A DNA stretch of 38,093 bases from Bacteroidales bacterium (GCA_021740225.1 JAIPAF010000002.1:1-38093), one strand, 5' to 3'. Positions 25,517 to 34,481 are shown, numbered from the stretch's first letter. A program made the numbers and translations. Notes: generated from the sequence alone by a model not told the origin.

Positions 25517-26700
25517 ACATAGCTTTTTACCGCATTAGCTGCTTCCTGTAGCGTTATGGCCGACTTTACCTGCAAGCCGCTTTTGTCGATGAGTTTTTTG
25601 CCTTCCTCCGCATTGGTTCCCTGAAGTCTAACCACTACGGGAATTTGGATATCACCTACAGCCTTAAAAGCTTCGGTAACTCCTTGAGCCACCCTGTCAC
25701 AACGGACAATGCCTCCAAATATGTTTATTAATATCGCTTTGACGTTGGGATCTTTCAATATAATTCTAAAACCGGCTTCAACAGTCTCAGCATTGGCCGA
25801 TCCGCCAACATCCAGAAAGTTTGCCGGATCTCCTCCCGATAATTTAATGATATCCATCGTAGCCATCGCTAGTCCGGCTCCGTTTACCATGCAGCCCACG
25901 TTACCTTCCAGCTTAATGAAATTGAGGTTATTTTCATTCGCTTCCAGTTCTGCCGGGTCCTCTTCTGTAGTATCCCTAAGATTCAGGTAATCCTTATGGC
26001 GGAATAATGCATTGTCATCAAGGTTGATCTTGGCATCGGCAGCCAGAATTTTATTGTCTGAGGTCTTAAAGAGCGGATTGATCTCTATTAACGAAGCATC
26101 TGTATTTAAATAGGCATTATACAGTTCGATAACGAATTGTACCATTTCTTTGAATGCCTTGCCGCTTAAGCCGAGATTAAAAGCAATTTTTCTTGCCTGG
26201 TAGGTCTGTATGCCCAGTCCTGAGTGGATCTCTTCCTTAAAGATTAGATGCGGGGTTTTTTCTGCCACCGACTCAATATCCACACCGCCTTCAGTGGAAT
26301 ACATAATGAGGTTTTTGCCTGAATTGCGGTTGAGCAGAATTCCCATATAGAATTCTGCCGGCTCACTTTCTCCCTTATAGTATATGCCCTGTTCTATCAG
26401 TATTCGATGTACTTTTTTGCCTTCTTTCCCCGTTTGGTGGGTTATTAGATTCATTCCCAAGATATTTTCCGCATGTTTTTTTACCTCCTGAAGGGATCTG
26501 GCAATTTTAACACCCCCTCCTTTACCTCTTCCCCCGGCGTGAATCTGGGCTTTAACCGCCCATGTATCAGTGTTCGTTGCTTCCTCTATTTTTTTTGCCG
26601 CTTCAATGGCCTGTTCGGTCCGGTTGATCATAATTCCTTCGGGCACTGGAACCCGGTTTTCTCTGAGTAGATTTTTTGCCTGGTATTCATGGATATTCAT
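25513..26700 (-). CDS. sucC: Succinate--CoA ligase (ADP-forming) beta subunit
   Basis: MNIHEYQAKNLL, IHAGGRGKGGGVK and GCMVNGAGLAMATMD. 395 aa. Confidence 0.92.
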   Translation of the reverse strand: MNIHEYQAKNLLRENRVPVPEGIMINRTEQAIEAAKKIEEATNTDTWAVKAQIHAGGRGKGGGVKIARSLQEVKKHAENILGMNLITHQTGKEGKKVHRILIEQGIYYKGESEPAEFYMGILLNRNSGKNLIMYSTEGGVDIESVAEKTPHLIFKEEIHSGLGIQTYQARKIAFNLGLSGKAFKEMVQFVIELYNAYLNTDASLIEINPLFKTSDNKILAADAKINLDDNALFRHKDYLNLRDTTEEDPAELEANENNLNFIKLEGNVGCMVNGAGLAMATMDIIKLSGGDPANFLDVGGSANAETVEAGFRIILKDPNVKAILINIFGGIVRCDRVAQGVTEAFKAVGDIQIPVVVRLQGTNAEEGKKLIDKSGLQVKSAITLQEAANAVKSYV

Positions 26701-26833
26701 CTTAGTATGCTTTTTGCAATGACTTACTACGAAATTAGAGAATTTTTGTGTATTCTCAATGTAGCTTTTTTAGTTTTGTTTTTTATGCCATGTTAATCCG
26801 TAACTAGGCTGCAGACATCTCAATAGGTGAACA

Positions 26834-26851
26834 TTGTTATTATATTAACAA
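26834..26851. promoter_or_regulatory. Rex-like operator candidate 1 (TTGTTATTATATTAACAA)
   Basis: 13 of 14 specified positions match the clostridial Rex box TTGTTAA-N4-TTAACAA. It lies in the sucC/hyd divergent intergenic region. Confidence 0.4.
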
Positions 26852-27101
26852 TAAATTTTTATATTTACAGTTAGGTGTGATAGTCCAGATTTTATCTACC
26901 GGCCTAATAAAAACGCATTGGGTTTTGAGATCGATTTCCGTTAGATAAAAGAGGTTTTGGACCAATTGCCGCTTTATTATCCCGAAATAAGCAAATATAT
27001 ATATGAACTGATACGGGAAAACCTTAATGAGTTGAGGGGAGAAGCCAATATAGTCAAATTTTCTTGATTGCTGTTTATTATTTAGAATCTGTCTAAATTG
27101 A

Positions 27102-27136
27102 ATGTTAATTTAATAACAGTGTTAAAAAAATAACAA
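27102..27136. promoter_or_regulatory. Rex-like operator candidates 2b and 2 (ATGTTAATTTAATAACAG and GTGTTAAAAAAATAACAA) abutting the hyd promoter
   Basis: 12/14 (27119-27136) and 11/14 (27102-27119) matches to TTGTTAA-N4-TTAACAA. Both sit immediately upstream of the -7 box. Confidence 0.4.
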
Positions 27137-27143
27137 TAAGTTT

Positions 27144-27151
27144 TATATTTG
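27144..27151 (+). promoter_or_regulatory. Candidate -7 promoter box TATATTTG (TAnnTTTG) of the hydrogenase operon
   Basis: Exact consensus match, 56 nt upstream of the ATG at 27207. Confidence 0.45.
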
Positions 27152-27206
27152 CGTCGTCATTCATAAATGATCAATAAAATATCCAATTTAAAATATATTG
27201 AGAACT

Positions 27207-27605
27207 ATGGCAAAAATTAAATCTCTTGAAGACTTAAAAAAGAAAAAAGAGGATCTGCAAAAGAAAGTAGATTTGAGAGAACGAGCCGATCAACCTGAGC
27301 ATTTTGTTCAGATAAAGGTCGGCATGGCGACCAGTGGGATTGCTTCGGGGGCAAAAGAGGTGATGGATTTTTTGATGGAAGCTCTGGAAAAGCGAAACAT
27401 AGAGGCTGTTGTTACTCAGGCCGGGGATATGGGTTACAGTTATGCCGAACCCACTATTGAGGTGACGAGACCCGATGAAGAACCCGTGGTTTTTGGTTAT
27501 GTGGACACAAAAAGGGCGGATGAGATTATTGAAAAATATATTAAACGCGGGGAGCTGGTGGATGGCATTTTGCCACAGAATTACAGGACAATTGATGAGG
27601 AATAA
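27207..27605 (+). CDS. Thioredoxin-like [2Fe-2S]-ferredoxin-fold protein with no cysteines (accessory hydrogenase subunit)
   Basis: It aligns by eye to the N-terminal 2Fe-2S domain of the next gene (VGMATSGIASGA vs VCGGTGCRASAS; AGDMGYSYAEP vs TGCFGFCEQGP), but the protein contains no Cys at all. The ATG at 27207 is preferred over the TTG at 27198. Confidence 0.65.
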   Translation: MAKIKSLEDLKKKKEDLQKKVDLRERADQPEHFVQIKVGMATSGIASGAKEVMDFLMEALEKRNIEAVVTQAGDMGYSYAEPTIEVTRPDEEPVVFGYVDTKRADEIIEKYIKRGELVDGILPQNYRTIDEE

Positions 27606-27626
27606 TCAAAAACAGGAGGATTGATC

Positions 27627-29420
27627 ATGGCAAACTATAAGATGCACTTGCTTGTTTGTGGTGGCACAGGATGTCGTGCCTCAGCAAGTGATTCCATTGG
27701 AGAGAGTCTGAAACAAAAACTTGAGGAGAACAACCTCCGGGAGGAGGTGCAGGTTATCATGACCGGTTGTTTCGGCTTCTGTGAACAAGGACCTATCGTT
27801 AAAATATTACCGGATAATACCTTTTACACACAGGTTAAACCTGAAGATAGTGAGGAAATTGTGCAGGAACACGTCATCAAGGGCCGACAGGTGGAGAGAT
27901 TACTCTACAAGGATCCGGAAAAAGGCGAACCCATCCATGATGCCAGGAAGATGGATTTTTATAAGAAGCAGATCAGGATAGCCCTCAGAAATTGTGGATT
28001 CATTGATCCGGAAAACATTGATGAGTATATTGCCAGGGATGGATATTTTGCATTGGGCACTGTACTGAAGGATATGAGCCGGGAGGACGTGATCAGTGAA
28101 ATCAAGGAATCCGGGTTAAGAGGCCGAGGAGGAGGAGGGTTCCCCGCCGGTTTGAAGTGGGATTTTGCCTATAAGAACGAGTCCGATCAGAAATACGTGG
28201 TTTGTAATGCCGATGAGGGCGATCCGGGGGCTTTCATGGACCGTTCCATACTTGAGGGCGATCCCCATGCTGTGCTTGAGGCCATGGCCATTTGCGGTTA
28301 CGCCATTGGTGCCGATAAAGGTTTGATTTACATAAGGGCAGAGTATCCCTTAGCGATCAAGAGACTTAAAATTGCCATAGATCAGGCCAGGCAATACGGC
28401 TTGCTGGGAGAAGGTATTTTTAGTACCGATTTCAATTTCGATATACAGTTGCGATATGGAGCAGGAGCTTTTGTTTGCGGGGAGGAAACGGCTTTAATCC
28501 ATTCCATGGAAGGAGACAGGGGCGAACCTACCTTTAAACCCCCTTTTCCGGCGGAATCAGGCTATCTTGGAAAACCCACAAATGTAAATAATGTAGAGAC
28601 TTACGCCAATGTTCCTGTGATCATCAATAAAGGAGCCGGATGGTATAGTAAGATTGGAACGGAAAAATCCAAAGGCACCAAAGTTTTTGCACTGGCCGGA
28701 AAGGTTAATAATGTTGGACTTATTGAAGTGCCAATGGGTACAACGCTCAGGGAAGTGATCTTTGAGATTGGCGGAGGCATTAAAGAAGGAAAGAAGTTTA
28801 AGGCAGTACAGACCGGCGGTCCGTCAGGAGGATGTTTGACGGAAGATCACCTGGATACACCCATTGATTTTGATAACCTGCTGGCTGCAGGATCCATTAT
28901 GGGTTCGGGGGGTATGGTTGTTATGGATGAAGACGACTGTATGGTATCGGTGGCCAAATTCTTCCTGGAATTCACAGTGGAGGAATCCTGCGGCAAGTGT
29001 TCCCCCTGCCGGATTGGAAATAAACGGATGCATGAGTTGCTAGAACGGATCACCCAAGGAAAAGCCGAGAAAAAGGATCTTCAGCGCCTTAAGAACATGA
29101 GCCATGTGATTGCCGATACTTCTCTTTGCGGATTGGGCCAGACCGCACCAAGTCCGGTACTTTCTACCCTGCAGAATTTCTGGGATGAATATGTAGCTCA
29201 TGTAGAGGACCAGCGTTGTCCAGCCGGAGCATGCAAAGAACTCATGCGTTACGAGATTATTCCCGAAAACTGTGTGGGTTGTACCGCATGTGCCCGTAAA
29301 TGTCCGGTGGGAGCAATAACCGGTGAAAGGAAACAGGTGCATTATATCGACCAGGAGAAGTGTATAAAATGCGGTGCGTGTGTGGAAGCTTGTAAATTTG
29401 ATGCGGTAATAATAAAATAA
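27627..29420 (+). CDS. hydB: NuoF-like NAD(P)H-binding flavoprotein subunit of [FeFe] hydrogenase (HydB)
   Basis: N-terminal 2Fe-2S domain with 4 Cys. FMN/NADH motifs GRGGGGFPAGLKW and VCNADEGDPGAFMDR. NuoF 4Fe-4S motif ESCGKCSPCRIG. C-terminal 2x[4Fe-4S] (CVGCTACARKCP, CIKCGACVEACK). AGGAGGA sits 6 nt upstream of the ATG at 27627. Confidence 0.9.
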   Translation: MANYKMHLLVCGGTGCRASASDSIGESLKQKLEENNLREEVQVIMTGCFGFCEQGPIVKILPDNTFYTQVKPEDSEEIVQEHVIKGRQVERLLYKDPEKGEPIHDARKMDFYKKQIRIALRNCGFIDPENIDEYIARDGYFALGTVLKDMSREDVISEIKESGLRGRGGGGFPAGLKWDFAYKNESDQKYVVCNADEGDPGAFMDRSILEGDPHAVLEAMAICGYAIGADKGLIYIRAEYPLAIKRLKIAIDQARQYGLLGEGIFSTDFNFDIQLRYGAGAFVCGEETALIHSMEGDRGEPTFKPPFPAESGYLGKPTNVNNVETYANVPVIINKGAGWYSKIGTEKSKGTKVFALAGKVNNVGLIEVPMGTTLREVIFEIGGGIKEGKKFKAVQTGGPSGGCLTEDHLDTPIDFDNLLAAGSIMGSGGMVVMDEDDCMVSVAKFFLEFTVEESCGKCSPCRIGNKRMHELLERITQGKAEKKDLQRLKNMSHVIADTSLCGLGQTAPSPVLSTLQNFWDEYVAHVEDQRCPAGACKELMRYEIIPENCVGCTACARKCPVGAITGERKQVHYIDQEKCIKCGACVEACKFDAVIIK

Positions 29421-29430
29421 GGATATAACA

Positions 29431-31209
29431 ATGGAACAAGTTCAGTTAACCATAGATGATAAGCAGGTGGAGGTTCCCCAAGGAACGACCATCTATAAGG
29501 CAGCCAAACAGGTTGGGATTGATATCCCTGTGTTATGCTACATGAATCTCGAAGACATTGGCGTAGAGAACAAGCCGGGAGGTTGCCGGGTGTGTAGTGT
29601 AGAGGTGGAAGGCAGGAAGAATCTTGCCCCTGCCTGCGCAACGGAGGTTTTCGATGGAATGGTGGTAAAAACCCATACCATGAGGGTAATCAATGCCCGG
29701 AGAACCGTTGTGGAATTTATCCTTTCCGATCATCCCAAAGATTGTTTGACCTGCAAGAAATCAGGCAACTGCGAATTACAGGATCTGGCAATCAGGCTGG
29801 GAATTCGTGAGATACCCGGACAGGAATACGCGGAGATGTCAACCTACAAAACCGATTATTCACCTTCTATTGTAAGGGAGCTGGACAAATGCATTATGTG
29901 CAGAAGGTGTGAAAAAATGTGCAATGATTTCCAAACTGTTGGTGCTTTGTATGCTTTTAACAGAGGGTTTAATGCAGCGGTGGCACCGGCCTTTGAAATG
30001 GACCTGCAGTATTCTCCATGCACCTATTGCGGCCAGTGTGTGGCAGTTTGCCCTACCGGGGCATTGACTGAAGTGGATCATTCCCGTGATTTGATCGATG
30101 CCATTTCCGATCCCAACACAACGGTGATCGCACAGACGGCACCTGCTGTACGTGCAGCTTTGGGCGAGGAATTCGGATATGAGCCCGGCACCCTCGTTAC
30201 CGGAAAGATGGTTTCTGCATTACGCAGGCTTGGATTTGATTATATTTTTGATACCGATTTTGCGGCAGATCTGACTATCGTAGAGGAGGGCACAGAATTG
30301 CTTGACCGGCTTTCCAAATATCTGGAGGGAGACAAAGAGGTGAAACTGCCCATGCTGACATCCTGTTGCCCCGCATGGGTTCGTTTTATTGAGCATCATT
30401 TCCCTGAGATGAAGGATGTACCTTCATCGGCACGTTCTCCTCAACAGATGTTCGGTTCGGTTGCAAAAACTTATTTTGCGGAACAAATTAATAAGAAAAG
30501 GGAAGATGTAGTGGTGGTATCCATTATGCCTTGCCTTGCAAAGAAGTATGAAAGCCAGCGGGAAGAGTTTAAGGTGGAGGACAATCCGGATGTAGATTTT
30601 TCTGTTACTACACGTGAGCTGGCCCATCTGATAAAAGAGGCGAATTTCCATCTGAAAGATATGGAAGACGAAGATTTTGACCGGCCTATGGGTGAATCTA
30701 CCGGTGCAGGCGTTATGTTCGGGACTACCGGCGGCGTGATTGAGGCGGCTACCCGGACCGCTTATGAAATGTATACGGGCAATAGCCTGGATGAACATAT
30801 TGTGTTTGAGCAATTACGGGGATTTGAAGCCATTCGGAAAGCTACCGTGGATTTTAACGGCACACAAATCAATATTGGTATAGCCCATGGATTGGGTAAT
30901 GCAAGGAAGCTTCTTGAAGATATAAAAGAAGGAAAGTCGGAATTTCATGCCATTGAAATCATGGCTTGCCCGGGTGGATGTATAGGTGGAGGAGGACAAC
31001 CCTTACATCACAACGATACAAGCATTCTTAAAGCCAGACAGCAGGCAATATATCGGGAGGATGAAAACAAACCGATCAGAAAATCTCATGAGAACCCGGA
31101 AATAAAGAAGCTGTATGAGGAATATCTTGGCAAACCCATGGGGGAAAAGGCTCACCATTTGTTACATACCCGGTATTTCGATTTGAGCCGGAAAATTGAA
31201 ATCGAATGA
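29431..31209 (+). CDS. hydA: [FeFe] hydrogenase catalytic subunit (HydA, NuoG-like N-terminus)
   Basis: H-cluster motifs TSCCPAW, MPCLAKKYE and EIMACPGGCIGGGGQP. N-terminal 2Fe-2S, a His-ligated 4Fe-4S (HPKDCLTCKKSGNC) and two ferredoxin-type 4Fe-4S motifs. Confidence 0.93.
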   Translation: MEQVQLTIDDKQVEVPQGTTIYKAAKQVGIDIPVLCYMNLEDIGVENKPGGCRVCSVEVEGRKNLAPACATEVFDGMVVKTHTMRVINARRTVVEFILSDHPKDCLTCKKSGNCELQDLAIRLGIREIPGQEYAEMSTYKTDYSPSIVRELDKCIMCRRCEKMCNDFQTVGALYAFNRGFNAAVAPAFEMDLQYSPCTYCGQCVAVCPTGALTEVDHSRDLIDAISDPNTTVIAQTAPAVRAALGEEFGYEPGTLVTGKMVSALRRLGFDYIFDTDFAADLTIVEEGTELLDRLSKYLEGDKEVKLPMLTSCCPAWVRFIEHHFPEMKDVPSSARSPQQMFGSVAKTYFAEQINKKREDVVVVSIMPCLAKKYESQREEFKVEDNPDVDFSVTTRELAHLIKEANFHLKDMEDEDFDRPMGESTGAGVMFGTTGGVIEAATRTAYEMYTGNSLDEHIVFEQLRGFEAIRKATVDFNGTQINIGIAHGLGNARKLLEDIKEGKSEFHAIEIMACPGGCIGGGGQPLHHNDTSILKARQQAIYREDENKPIRKSHENPEIKKLYEEYLGKPMGEKAHHLLHTRYFDLSRKIEIE

Positions 31210-31240
31210 TTTATTCATTTAAAATCAGGAGGAATAACTC

Positions 31241-31735
31241 ATGTCCAGAATAAAAGTAAAGTTAAAAGAACAGGATCTGAATAAAATACAGGATATTTGC
31301 AAGGCTCATGGCAACGAGCCGGGGGAACTGATCAACGTCTTACAGCAGACACAGGAGCATTTTGGTTATCTTCCTGCTGAAGTACAGGAAGCAGTGGCCA
31401 ATGAATTGGGGTTATCCGTGGCAAAGGTTTACGGGGTGGTTACGTTTTACTCATTTTTTACCATGATCCCCCAGGGGGAGTATCCCATTTCCATTTGTAC
31501 GGGTACTGCATGTTATGTAAGAGGAGCGGATAATGTTCTTCAGGAATTCAAAAGGCAATTGGGAATAGAAGTTGGAGAAACTACTGGTGACGGCAAATTT
31601 AGCTTGAATTGTCTGCGCTGTGTTGGAGCGTGTGGGCTGGCACCTGTTGTGCTGGTAGGAGATAAGACCTACGGAAGGGTTGCACCGGACGGTGTGAACG
31701 ATATCCTTTCCGAATACAAAGATAACAAAGAATAA
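31241..31735 (+). CDS. hydC: NuoE-like [2Fe-2S] subunit of [FeFe] hydrogenase (HydC)
   Basis: Cys pattern of the NuoE/thioredoxin-like 2Fe-2S family (ICTGTACYVRG ... CLRCVGACGLAPV). AGGAGG sits 8 nt upstream of the ATG. Confidence 0.88.
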   Translation: MSRIKVKLKEQDLNKIQDICKAHGNEPGELINVLQQTQEHFGYLPAEVQEAVANELGLSVAKVYGVVTFYSFFTMIPQGEYPISICTGTACYVRGADNVLQEFKRQLGIEVGETTGDGKFSLNCLRCVGACGLAPVVLVGDKTYGRVAPDGVNDILSEYKDNKE

Positions 31736-31786
31736 ATACTGAGTTTGGGTTAGGGGGTGTGACCGCTGAATGGCTTCAGTGGTTAG

Positions 31787-31822
31787 AAAAAGGGCCGCAG
31801 AATATTCTCTGTGGCCTTTTTT
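31787..31822. terminator. Bidirectional terminator between hydC and the convergent peptidase gene
   Basis: Stem GGCCGCAGA/TCTGTGGCC (9 bp including one G-U) with a 6-nt loop. An A-run precedes it and a T-run follows. A second 9-bp hairpin lies at 31762-31783. Confidence 0.7.
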
Positions 31823-34481
31823 ACTCTACTATCAGTTTTTTTGTATAAATATTTTCTTCGGATCTTATGCGAAGAAAATAGACTCCTGACTGGATTTCCG
31901 GGGTTGTAACGGTATGGTGTTCGTTTATTCCCATTTTGTGGAGCTTCTCGTTATACACTCTTTTTCCTCCTATACTGAAAATCTCCAATTGAATATCCCT
32001 GTATATTTTATTTTTGAAGATAATGCTAAAATGTCCTGATGAAGGATTGGGATAGACGTGAATTTCTCCATTGTCTGAAGCAGGTGCATCTACGCCTACA
32101 GCCGAACCCTTTATCTCTATGGTGAATTCTCCTTCCACTCCTCCGGCACTGCCATCCACCTGAAGCCAGTAGGTTCTGCCTTCATTGAGATTCTCTAAAT
32201 CCATGATCGCCGCGGCATAGTCGTTTTCTTCGCCGAAGTAATCGTCGTTGGCGGCAAGCATTGTGAAGTTTCCGCTTAACATGTCACTGCATTCACTTGC
32301 GGGTTCGTACAGTGCAATCTGGGTATCCATATCACTGGTAATAAAGGACACCGTTCCGGTGTCTGAGGGCATGTTGAATTTAAACCACGCTGTATTATGT
32401 AGGCCCCCTTCATTACACCATTTCATTGGTTCTGTGCAGGAATTAGAGCCTGATGTGTCCGGCATGGGTTCATTGGGTTGTACGGTGGCATGCTTGTTGG
32501 TAAAAGTTCCGTTCATTCCCGGGGAAATTTCAATGGCATCACAGACATCGTCGTTTTCCGGCCCCAGGGAAAAAGCCACAAGTATGGAGTCGGAATCTGA
32601 ACATTGACCGGAGCTTCCGGTTACAGTAAACTTAAGCGTATCTTCCGTATCGCCGTCATAGGTAACCCATGCTGTAGATCCTGAGGTGGACACCAGTCCT
32701 CCCTCATCTCTTCCTTCATCTGACCATACATATTGTTCAGCTTCTCCATTGACTCTGAGTTCTGCCGTATCGCCCACTGAGGTTTCTTTCTCCGGAGAAT
32801 CAAAAAATATGTGCAGGTTCTCTGAAATAAAGAGATGATCCACTTTGCTTATGGAATCTTTTCCATTGCTTCCCTCTACCGTTAGACTGATGGTTTTGGT
32901 GCCTGGTGTACTGTAGGTAACTTTGTGCGGACCTGCACCTGTTGTTTCCGACGGTTCAGCTCCATCCCCAAAATACCAGTGATAGGAATTGATGTATCCT
33001 CCTGATTTGTTGGTAAACGTAACCGTTTCGGAGATGCAGTAAAAATTCCCGTCGGTACCGAATGAAGCGGTTGGATCCTTTTTTCGGGTATAAGCCCTGA
33101 TGCAAAGGTCATATGGGTTCCCAACATCGGCTCCCAAAGCCCTCCATTCCTCTCCGTCCGGACTGAACCAATTGGTGCCTGATTCTTCGATTTCGGGATC
33201 GGCATAGTCTGAAAAGCTGGTTTCTACCGGTAGCGGATATTCATATCCGTTCATATCGTATTTGACCTTAACATAGAATTCGCCCGTAATATCGGCCTTT
33301 ATATCAAAAGTGTAATACCCCGGATAAAGTATCTCCCTATCCACTATGGAATCAACCGGGTTTAAGGGTTGATTGTTTTCACTGTCAAAATCCTGGTAGA
33401 TGGTAATGTCAATCATACTCCCGTAGTTATTGATATAGGTTCCCACTTTTTTGACGGTTTCATCCGTTTGCGCCTCGAACCGGGTCAAACCGTAAAGCAC
33501 ATCCCGGTCGCGATAACTTAAAGAGGTTACCATGCCCAGCTTGTCGTAATAATGCAGGGAATCAATGCGTGCATTGTCCCACTTGATTGGATAGAAAGCA
33601 TTGCTTGTAAGGACTTTACTGTCTTTGTAGGCAAGGTAAAAGTATCCGTTATTATTCTGATCTTTTCCCCAACTGTTTTTGATAATCCAAGCCCCTTGGG
33701 TATCCGGAGCTCCCTCGATGTTTTCGACCACCTTGTTATCATCCCACCCGACAATAAGAATCCCGTGGTTGGTTGCTGCATCCCCGTCGTAATACCACGT
33801 ATCATCATTAAAATTGTAATATTCCAACTGATCACCGGCATACATGGAAGTGGCGACTGCCCCATATTTCCTGATGATTCGCTTCACCTCGTCGATATCA
33901 TTGGGTAAGTAACGGGCTTCAGGAACTAAGTTTACCGGCGGTTCATAATCTGTACATTCTGAATTTTCAGTTAGCTCGTCGTATGGATCAAGCGTTTCAT
34001 CTATTGGTCCGTCAAAACGGTTCAAATAGGCAGTGGCCATATATAAATTGCCTCCGTCCGAAGGACCCCATTCGTATCCGCTGCAGGTGACCATATTTTT
34101 TTCCGAAAGATCGTATGCGGTGCCTTCCAGCATCTTCCACCTCGATTCAATGGCTCCGAGTGAACTGAAAGCCCAGCAGGTGCCAAACTCTTCCTGGTTT
34201 TTAACGGAGGTAACATAGCCTTCATCCCTCAAATCATAGGAGGCGGGTAGCTGTTGGCTCGCTTTCAGGGTTTTGTTCTGCTTATGAAAATTTTGAAAAC
34301 TAACCTTATAAGGAGGAGGAACGTAACCGTTCTTTTTAATTTCCGGTTGGGCCTTTAATTTTGCTGATTCACGGTATTCTTTAAATTCGGGGTTTAAGGG
34401 AGCCTGTTCCAGTTGCTCCTGGCCCAGTCCAATTGTATGAATTGAAGCCGCAGCAACAAGGAAGAGGTAAAAGTACTTCAT
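31821..34481 (-). CDS. Secreted papain-family (C1) cysteine peptidase with PKD domain, pre-peptidase-C-terminal-like domain and T9SS C-terminal sorting domain
   Basis: Signal peptide. Catalytic motifs QEEFGTCWAFSS, NHGILIVGWDD and WIIKNSWG. PKD motif YHWYFGDGA. C-terminal IHVYPNPSSGHFSI ... GVYFLRI ... KLIVE is typical of T9SS type A CTDs. Confidence 0.85.
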   Translation of the reverse strand: MKYFYLFLVAAASIHTIGLGQEQLEQAPLNPEFKEYRESAKLKAQPEIKKNGYVPPPYKVSFQNFHKQNKTLKASQQLPASYDLRDEGYVTSVKNQEEFGTCWAFSSLGAIESRWKMLEGTAYDLSEKNMVTCSGYEWGPSDGGNLYMATAYLNRFDGPIDETLDPYDELTENSECTDYEPPVNLVPEARYLPNDIDEVKRIIRKYGAVATSMYAGDQLEYYNFNDDTWYYDGDAATNHGILIVGWDDNKVVENIEGAPDTQGAWIIKNSWGKDQNNNGYFYLAYKDSKVLTSNAFYPIKWDNARIDSLHYYDKLGMVTSLSYRDRDVLYGLTRFEAQTDETVKKVGTYINNYGSMIDITIYQDFDSENNQPLNPVDSIVDREILYPGYYTFDIKADITGEFYVKVKYDMNGYEYPLPVETSFSDYADPEIEESGTNWFSPDGEEWRALGADVGNPYDLCIRAYTRKKDPTASFGTDGNFYCISETVTFTNKSGGYINSYHWYFGDGAEPSETTGAGPHKVTYSTPGTKTISLTVEGSNGKDSISKVDHLFISENLHIFFDSPEKETSVGDTAELRVNGEAEQYVWSDEGRDEGGLVSTSGSTAWVTYDGDTEDTLKFTVTGSSGQCSDSDSILVAFSLGPENDDVCDAIEISPGMNGTFTNKHATVQPNEPMPDTSGSNSCTEPMKWCNEGGLHNTAWFKFNMPSDTGTVSFITSDMDTQIALYEPASECSDMLSGNFTMLAANDDYFGEENDYAAAIMDLENLNEGRTYWLQVDGSAGGVEGEFTIEIKGSAVGVDAPASDNGEIHVYPNPSSGHFSIIFKNKIYRDIQLEIFSIGGKRVYNEKLHKMGINEHHTVTTPEIQSGVYFLRIRSEENIYTKKLIVE

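Noticed and set aside
25513-26700. sucC has no adjacent sucD.
   Set aside because: Separated sucC and sucD genes are, as far as I recall, common in Bacteroidota. Nothing in the sequence suggests truncation or decay.
26945-27065. A roughly 40-codon open frame between the two Rex-like sites (IKEVLDQLPLYYPEISKYIYELIRENLNELRGEANIVKFS), as a possible gene remnant or small protein.
   Set aside because: It has no ATG start (only a TTG), it is short, and I see no recognisable motif. A chance open frame cannot be excluded, and a translated search would be needed to revive the idea.
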